Source: Candidatus Altarchaeum sp. (GTDB lineage: Archaea > Altiarchaeota > Altiarchaeia > Altiarchaeales > Altiarchaeaceae). Taken from it: 11,621 nucleotides of DNA. The stretch covers positions 11,811-23,431 of the forward strand of contig JAGWDQ010000126.1 of NCBI GenBank assembly GCA_018260615.1. Reading direction: 5' to 3'. Position numbers and translations under genes: made by a program. The notes beneath the pieces are model-generated. The model saw nothing but the letters and a program-made list of their open reading frames with translations, searched no databases and was not told the DNA's origin. Every line of letters begins with the position of its first letter. Position 1 is the stretch's first letter. Shown piece after piece: positions 6,633 through 11,621 of this stretch.

Positions 6633-8252
6633 TTATGACTCCATTTGAGAGTATTTTTCTTTTGAAACTTCTCCCTCATATATCGTCTCAAACTTAGATA
6701 TTTGCCATGCAATCATTGTTCCAATCAACGCCGGAACCGCAAATGGAACACCGAAAATCACGAGTGCAAAAATTGCGCATCCGATTGGAGCGTTTGTCAT
6801 TGCTGCAAGTACTGATAATGCGCCGACAACAACAAAGCCCGCGGTATTACCGGGTTCAATAAAGCCAAAATGCGCAAGTACTAATGCTACAGCACTGCCC
6901 AATAAACTTCCGACTATCATCGCTGGCATTATCATTCCACCGCTTGCGAATGAACTGACATACCATGAGTTTGCAAATATTTTACCGAACATTATTAAAA
7001 GAAGGAGTCCGATTGCTACAAGTATGGGAAGTTTTAAACCGTTGACATACCCGGGCACACCATCTTTTTCTATTTGGTTTCCATCCTGACCAATTGCCGG
7101 CTCAAGTTGTGATGCAATCATCATTGTCACAAGCCCCGTTTGTCCGTCATATTCCACGGCTTTTGACATTCTAACATTATCCGCTCCGAAACCAAGATAA
7201 GTTGGTGTGGAATGCATGTATGGCATCTCGTCATCATAAGTGTCTTTAATATATAATGTTTTCCCGGATTCATCTTTACCTGCTATTGCGGAGGGGTTAT
7301 TTGGGTCTCCGTAATAACCTAAAATCAGGAAATTCTCTCCGGTTGCGGCTTTATCAAATGAGGTTAAAACATTACTGCCATCATCACCAATAGGTACTGT
7401 CAGGAGAATAAATGCAAGTATCGTTGGGACAATTGAGCCGATTAATGGTTTTGCATACACCGAGACCTTTAAATTTGTAAAAAATTTACCGCAGAACTGA
7501 AATGTTTTAATAAATATGAGGCCTGTGATTCCGGCTAAAAATCCAAGTACTGCAAACCACCACAGATGTGTAACCTCAAGCGTATAAGGTAAATAACCAA
7601 AGAACGGGTTTGCATCAAATGCAATAAAAGAAGTTGCTGCAGCAGTCATTCCTGCAAGTTCACCCCCGATTACATATTTTTTTGGTATTCTTCCCCCCGA
7701 ATGCAAAAGTTCGGTAACAAAAATTCCGGCACCGACAGGGGTTCTTAAAAGTGCTGCAATTCCTCCGGCCATCGCCATAACAGCAATTTGTTTTCTGGTA
7801 ACGCCCATTTTATCAAGATAAGGCATTAGAGGGGAGATAAATCCCTGACAGATTCTTGCGGCAGGTCCGACAAGTCCTCCGCTGTTTCCTGTTCCGACAC
7901 CTATTAATTGAGCTAAAAATTTTGATATTCCTGCCGTCCAATGGGACTTTCCTTGTTTTTTCTCGTCAGTAAAATCTTCTATCATAAAATTTGGTCCCGG
8001 ACCCCATCCTTTGCCCGGTTTAAACCATTTGTTATGTAAAATTAATGCGGTTATTAGCGCGCCAATTAAAGGAATAATTATAATATAAATATGATTCTCA
8101 ACAAACATGCCAAAAGTCCAGTTTTGCAGTTTAAAAAATAATTTTAGAAATACCTGAATTATTGTGCCTGCAATTAAACCAATAATAACACTTACTGTTA
8201 ATATCTGTAAAAATTCAACTATCGCTCCTTTAAAAGGGTTCCAAAATGCCAT
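6633..8252 (-). CDS. CLC (EriC) family anion channel/transporter with non-canonical selectivity motifs, no CBS domains
   Basis: CLC helix pattern with GPGPN (aa 84-88), GLVGP (126-130), RTPVGAGIFVTELL (170-183), GGMIMP (438-443), AAMTNAPI, TIY (Y525). Confidence 0.9.
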   Translation of the reverse strand: MAFWNPFKGAIVEFLQILTVSVIIGLIAGTIIQVFLKLFFKLQNWTFGMFVENHIYIIIIPLIGALITALILHNKWFKPGKGWGPGPNFMIEDFTDEKKQGKSHWTAGISKFLAQLIGVGTGNSGGLVGPAARICQGFISPLMPYLDKMGVTRKQIAVMAMAGGIAALLRTPVGAGIFVTELLHSGGRIPKKYVIGGELAGMTAAATSFIAFDANPFFGYLPYTLEVTHLWWFAVLGFLAGITGLIFIKTFQFCGKFFTNLKVSVYAKPLIGSIVPTILAFILLTVPIGDDGSNVLTSFDKAATGENFLILGYYGDPNNPSAIAGKDESGKTLYIKDTYDDEMPYMHSTPTYLGFGADNVRMSKAVEYDGQTGLVTMMIASQLEPAIGQDGNQIEKDGVPGYVNGLKLPILVAIGLLLLIMFGKIFANSWYVSSFASGGMIMPAMIVGSLLGSAVALVLAHFGFIEPGNTAGFVVVGALSVLAAMTNAPIGCAIFALVIFGVPFAVPALIGTMIAWQISKFETIYEGEVSKEKYSQMES

Positions 8253-8347
8253 TTTGTTGTTTGTTTTTATAATTTTTTTTAATTACTCATTAATTATAGA
8301 TTAACATTATTTATAAAAAAAATAAAAAAATAAAAAAATAAAAAATA

Positions 8348-8373
8348 GAGGTCGTTCCCAATAGAACGACCTC
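8348..8373 (-). terminator. Hairpin plus long T-tract after the 238-aa gene
   Basis: GAGGTCGTTC-CCAATA-GAACGACCTC perfect 10-bp stem followed on the minus strand by about 30 nt of T-rich sequence. Confidence 0.8.
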
Positions 8374-8390
8374 AATATTTAGACAGGTAC

Positions 8391-9107
8391 TTAAAATTTA
8401 CCTTTTGCTTTTCCGTAATTTGTCTTTATCTTCTCTGCGTTTTCAAGGATTCTGTCTCTTCTTGCATAGATTTTTGCAGTGTTCGCTTCAATCTTTTCTC
8501 TCTCTTCAAGAAGCATCTTTCTTGTCTCATGCCATTTTCCTGCGTTCTCATTTGCTATCGCAAGTGCTTTAGCAATCCTCTCCGCATTATCAGCGATTCT
8601 TTTCGCATTATCTTCAACATTGGGTTTCTCAGGGAATCCATGGTTAATCCATTCGGTGTTCTCTGCAATCCTCTCAGTGTTCTTTGTTACAAGCTCTTCA
8701 TTCAGTTCCATTATCATCTCATTTACTTTTCGCATTGCAACATTCACTTCCTCAATACTCCTATTTATTGCAATCCTCTTTGCGTTTGTCTCTGCTTTTG
8801 TAATAAGTTCGCGGGACATTGCTCTGTTCAAAAGAGAATTTTTCATGTTCTTCTCAACATCCGTATTTTCCGGGAGAAGGTGCATTGCCGCTCTCCTATT
8901 GCGGAATAGATTTTTTGTGTTCGCTTCTGCAAGCATCGTGTTTGCCTGTGCTGCTTCAAAATTTCGCTCCATTATTTTTTTATTCACCATCAACATGCTC
9001 CTGTTTAAGAGTATATTGGTTTTGTTTTCATCAACTGTCCTCTCTAATTCATATATCTTCTTTTTGTTCCCCGCAATATTTATTGCATTTTGTTGTGGCG
9101 TTGCCAT
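8391..9107 (-). CDS. Uncharacterised Asn-at-d heptad-repeat coiled-coil protein with three 80-aa units
   Basis: Strict 7-residue Asn spacing (N7-N70, N87-N150, N167-N230), Pro-containing linkers, dedicated terminator. Confidence 0.85.
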   Translation of the reverse strand: MATPQQNAINIAGNKKKIYELERTVDENKTNILLNRSMLMVNKKIMERNFEAAQANTMLAEANTKNLFRNRRAAMHLLPENTDVEKNMKNSLLNRAMSRELITKAETNAKRIAINRSIEEVNVAMRKVNEMIMELNEELVTKNTERIAENTEWINHGFPEKPNVEDNAKRIADNAERIAKALAIANENAGKWHETRKMLLEEREKIEANTAKIYARRDRILENAEKIKTNYGKAKGKF

Positions 9108-9270
9108 TTTCTGTTGTTTTAAATTTTTTAATTAATTAAATAAATATTAATAATACTTATATAAATACTTTTAATTAATATCTCTAAATTATAAACAAAA
9201 AACTGATTTATGTCCAAATATTTTAAATATAAATAAAATTTAAATAAAATTTTTGAATAAACTTTACAAA

Positions 9271-10092
9271 ATGACTGAAACAAACATAAAAAAGTCCGAC
9301 AATATTGTATTGAATGATGCGATAACACAGATAGGTGCATTTAGTTCGGGAACCCTTGAAAAGTTCATAATTGTTAACGAACTTTTAAGCGGGAAGAAAA
9401 CCGTGCCCGACATACAGGAAAAACTGCCCGAAATCGGGAAATCCACTTTATACAAATATATCGGGGACCTGGAAACGGCAGGAATTTTGGAAAAGGATGA
9501 GAAAGGGAGTAAAATTTTTTATACGCTAGCGGGTTTTTCCCTTGTGCTCACGCCTAAAAGAATATCTGAAATGCTTGGAGGCAGTAAAGAAGATGAAGAA
9601 AAGAGATTCAATGATATGTTCAAATTTGATCCGAAAATAAACATAATTGACCGCCAAAACCATCCGGGTGAGTTTTATTCAAGTGTGCTTCTATCAGATA
9701 TGATATCGTGTGGGATAAAAATGAGCGTAGCAGTTGACATATTAAGAGATGTCATGGAAAATTTGTATGATGGCATAACCACCCGCGAAATTTCATCCAT
9801 AACAAGGAGAATGATTGAGAAAAGGAGTAATGCTCTGGCGATTGACTACAAGAAATATATCCTTGGCCCGGTGAATGTTGAAACCGACGAGGGAATAAAA
9901 TTGTGGGATAATGAAATGATTGAAAAAGAAATAAGACAAAGACACAACATAGTGGATATACCTCAACCCGAACTTATCCGTCTCGCGCACAGGATAGGAA
10001 GGCAATTGAAAAAAATAGGAAAAATAATTCCCGAAAATCTGGCACATTCATATATTGACTATGTTGTTTTATCCTACATTAACGCCCGTTAA
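9271..10092 (+). CDS. Putative transcriptional regulator: ArsR/HxlR-like winged HTH plus ATP-cone domain(s)
   Basis: ATG at 9271 preferred over TTG 9253. wHTH: KKTVPDIQEKLPEIGKSTLYKYIGDLETAGIL..KIFY. ATP-cone-like: INIIDRQ..EFYSSVLLSDMISCG..AVDILRDV..LYDGITTREI; weaker second cone from VNVETDEG. Confidence 0.75.
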   Translation: MTETNIKKSDNIVLNDAITQIGAFSSGTLEKFIIVNELLSGKKTVPDIQEKLPEIGKSTLYKYIGDLETAGILEKDEKGSKIFYTLAGFSLVLTPKRISEMLGGSKEDEEKRFNDMFKFDPKINIIDRQNHPGEFYSSVLLSDMISCGIKMSVAVDILRDVMENLYDGITTREISSITRRMIEKRSNALAIDYKKYILGPVNVETDEGIKLWDNEMIEKEIRQRHNIVDIPQPELIRLAHRIGRQLKKIGKIIPENLAHSYIDYVVLSYINAR

Positions 10093-10120
10093 CTAAATTT
10101 TTACTTTAATCAATTTAAAA

Positions 10121-10396
10121 ATGACATCATTAGATGAAACAAATGAACTGGCAGAGGAAAACAGAACAACTATTATCGGCGCCAACGCGCGATTAGATGC
10201 TCTTGAAAAAATGATAGGAAAAAATCGCGTAACAGTTACTGAAAACCGGGAGATGATTCTTGAAAACAGAATGATGATTCTTGAAAACCGGGAGATGATT
10301 CTTTCGGACAGGGAAAAAATAGCCCAGGATCGTAGTGAACTTGAAAAAATAATCGGCGAACTTGAAAAAATTGTAAAAATTAAATTGAAAAAATGA
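10121..10396 (+). CDS. Small Asn-at-d coiled-coil protein A (91 aa)
   Basis: Heptads VTENREM-ILENRMM-ILENREM-ILSDREK-IAQDRSE; operonic with the regulator. Confidence 0.8.
   Translation: MTSLDETNELAEENRTTIIGANARLDALEKMIGKNRVTVTENREMILENRMMILENREMILSDREKIAQDRSELEKIIGELEKIVKIKLKK
10240..10302 (+). repeat. 21-bp tandem repeat (3 copies) encoding heptads
   Basis: TGAAAACCGGGAGATGATTCT / TGAAAACAGAATGATGATTCT / TGAAAACCGGGAGATGATTCT; GAACTTGAAAAAAT also recurs at 21-bp spacing (10337, 10358). Confidence 0.9.
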
Positions 10397-10659
10397 CTTC
10401 CCTGATAAATGTTAATGAAATTGTTGAATCAAATCGTGGAATGGCTAATGCCTTAACATCAAGAATTGAGAGAATAGAAAGAGAATTCCTGCACACAACA
10501 GAGATAGCGAACGAAAATCGGCACATGCGAAACAGAAACAGAGAAATAATTACGGAAAACACTAAAATGAGAGACGAAAACGAGAAAGCAAGAGAATATA
10601 ACAAAGAGATGCTCATGAAATCCCTGAAGATGCTTGAAGAAATAAAATCAAAAATTTAA
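10393..10659 (+). CDS. Small Asn-at-d coiled-coil protein B (88 aa), paralog of A
   Basis: ATGA overlap with gene A stop; shared start MTSL..NE..E.NR; Asn at 14, 42, 49, 56, 63, 70. Confidence 0.8.
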   Translation: MTSLINVNEIVESNRGMANALTSRIERIEREFLHTTEIANENRHMRNRNREIITENTKMRDENEKAREYNKEMLMKSLKMLEEIKSKI

Positions 10660-10721
10660 GAAGAGGTTAACCTGATTGACATTTAATATCCGTCATGATA
10701 TTTGCATGCAATCACCAAAAT

Positions 10722-10799
10722 TTATTTTCTTTTCTCAAATTTTTCCAAAATCAAAACCCCTGCAATTCCGATAATTGCCGAAATTCCAAACAAAATCAG
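10722..10799 (-). repeat. Copy 3 of ccdA-like 3' end (in the intact gene)
   Basis: Homologous to 2293-2361 and 6372-6449, same orientation. Confidence 0.92.
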
Positions 10800-11621
10800 G
10801 CATCGCTGACAAATATGACAACTCACAGAACACACCGCCTGCTGCATCCCGACTTCAACAACCCCGTAGCAATGATAAGTAATGACAACCCAGATAATAA
10901 ACAGCGAGATAATTAGCAAAATTCGTGGAACTGTCAATAACTCTTTAGCGGAATGCTCAATAAGGAAAATTTTTAAAATAAGCAATATAATGACCAGGAT
11001 AAACACGGAACTAACAAGGACATCGGTTGTTGTTAATCCAAGCACATTCCATCCCATATATGAGCCCGCCAAAACAAGCAGAACTGCCAGAAATTTCTCT
11101 ATCCTTCCCAACCGGGACGAAAGGTTTTTACCATAAGCCAAAAATTTCCTTCCGAATAACAGAAACAATGTCGGAGCAACCAATATTCCAGTTCCAAAAA
11201 GGACTAAATTTATCAAAATTTCACCCGATGACAGAGCAAATACCGAACCAATAAAAGGCAGAGTGCAGGGATTTATTCCTATTGCGAGTGCAAAGAGCAT
11301 TCCAAAAGCGAATGTGTTTTTAACGATGGGTAAATTTAACGGATTTACTTTGTGGAGCAGTTGAAGTATTCCCAATACGATTAAGCCAATTGCGATTCCC
11401 AATTTTATTCCGTTTCCAATCTCGGACTCAAAAATTTTCTGAAATAAAAAGCCGACAAGAACAAAGGCAAATAAAAAGCCGGCGGCATACAAACCATAGT
11501 CCTTAAAATTTACTTTTTCGGCAGATATGAACCTGTATAAAGTAATCGGAAATAAAACAATGACGCAGGGAGTGAATGATGCAAGAATTCCTGCCAGCAA
11601 CGGAGTGAAAAATGAAAATAT
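10722..11621 (-). CDS. ccdA: CcdA/DsbD transmembrane-domain protein with C-terminal extension (5' end off the right edge)
   Basis: SFTPCV and INPCTLP Cys-Pro motifs of the CcdA family; frame remains open from 11600 to the edge (IFSFFTPLLAG...). Confidence 0.8.
   Translation of the reverse strand: MFSFFTPLLAGILASFTPCVIVLFPITLYRFISAEKVNFKDYGLYAAGFLFAFVLVGFLFQKIFESEIGNGIKLGIAIGLIVLGILQLLHKVNPLNLPIVKNTFAFGMLFALAIGINPCTLPFIGSVFALSSGEILINLVLFGTGILVAPTLFLLFGRKFLAYGKNLSSRLGRIEKFLAVLLVLAGSYMGWNVLGLTTTDVLVSSVFILVIILLILKIFLIEHSAKELLTVPRILLIISLFIIWVVITYHCYGVVEVGMQQAVCSVSCHICQRCLILFGISAIIGIAGVLILEKFEKRK

Noticed and set aside
8479-9139. Long antisense ORFs (218, 126, 106 aa) over the 238-aa gene
   Set aside because: Phe/Ser/Leu-rich mirror of biased coiled-coil codons; no independent evidence of coding.
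8391-10659. Gas vesicle or chemotaxis assignment for the coiled-coil genes
   Set aside because: No GvpA/GvpC or MCP hairpin signatures and no such neighbours.
2293-10799. Triplicate repeat as CRISPR or REP-type element
   Set aside because: Copies are about 4 kb apart, non-palindromic and diverge in a codon-preserving way.
9128-11254. ORFs 9128-9340, 9264-9455, 9793-10047, 10380-10616, 10695-10916, 10882-11136, 11027-11254
   Set aside because: All overlap stronger genes on the opposite strand.
1-11621. tRNA, rRNA, integrase or full-length transposase
   Set aside because: None recognisable in the window.

Overview
AT-rich, archaeal-style window (no clear Shine-Dalgarno sites, tightly packed genes; low-GC CO-dehydrogenase-containing archaeon such as Altiarchaeota is an inference only). 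Left end (1-2400) is decaying: a duplicated cooC 5' end, two RelE-family toxin-antitoxin pairs whose toxins are both broken (one frameshift, one nonsense), a ~105 bp TIR-bounded MITE-like element and a truncated MFS gene. 2460-6263 is a restriction-modification operon (RadC N-domain only, fused endonuclease-N6 methyltransferase, two-TRD specificity subunit, no HsdR helicase). 6633-10659 is the most interesting part: a divergent cluster with a CLC protein lacking the gating glutamate, a 238-aa protein built from three 80-residue Asn-at-d heptad units, a wHTH plus tandem ATP-cone regulator, and two small paralogous Asn-at-d coiled-coil proteins; together a candidate undescribed anion-handling system. 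The 3' end of the ccdA-like gene at the right edge occurs three times in direct orientation (2293, 6372, 10722) with mostly synonymous divergence, bracketing the RM block and the CLC block like tandem integration scars.
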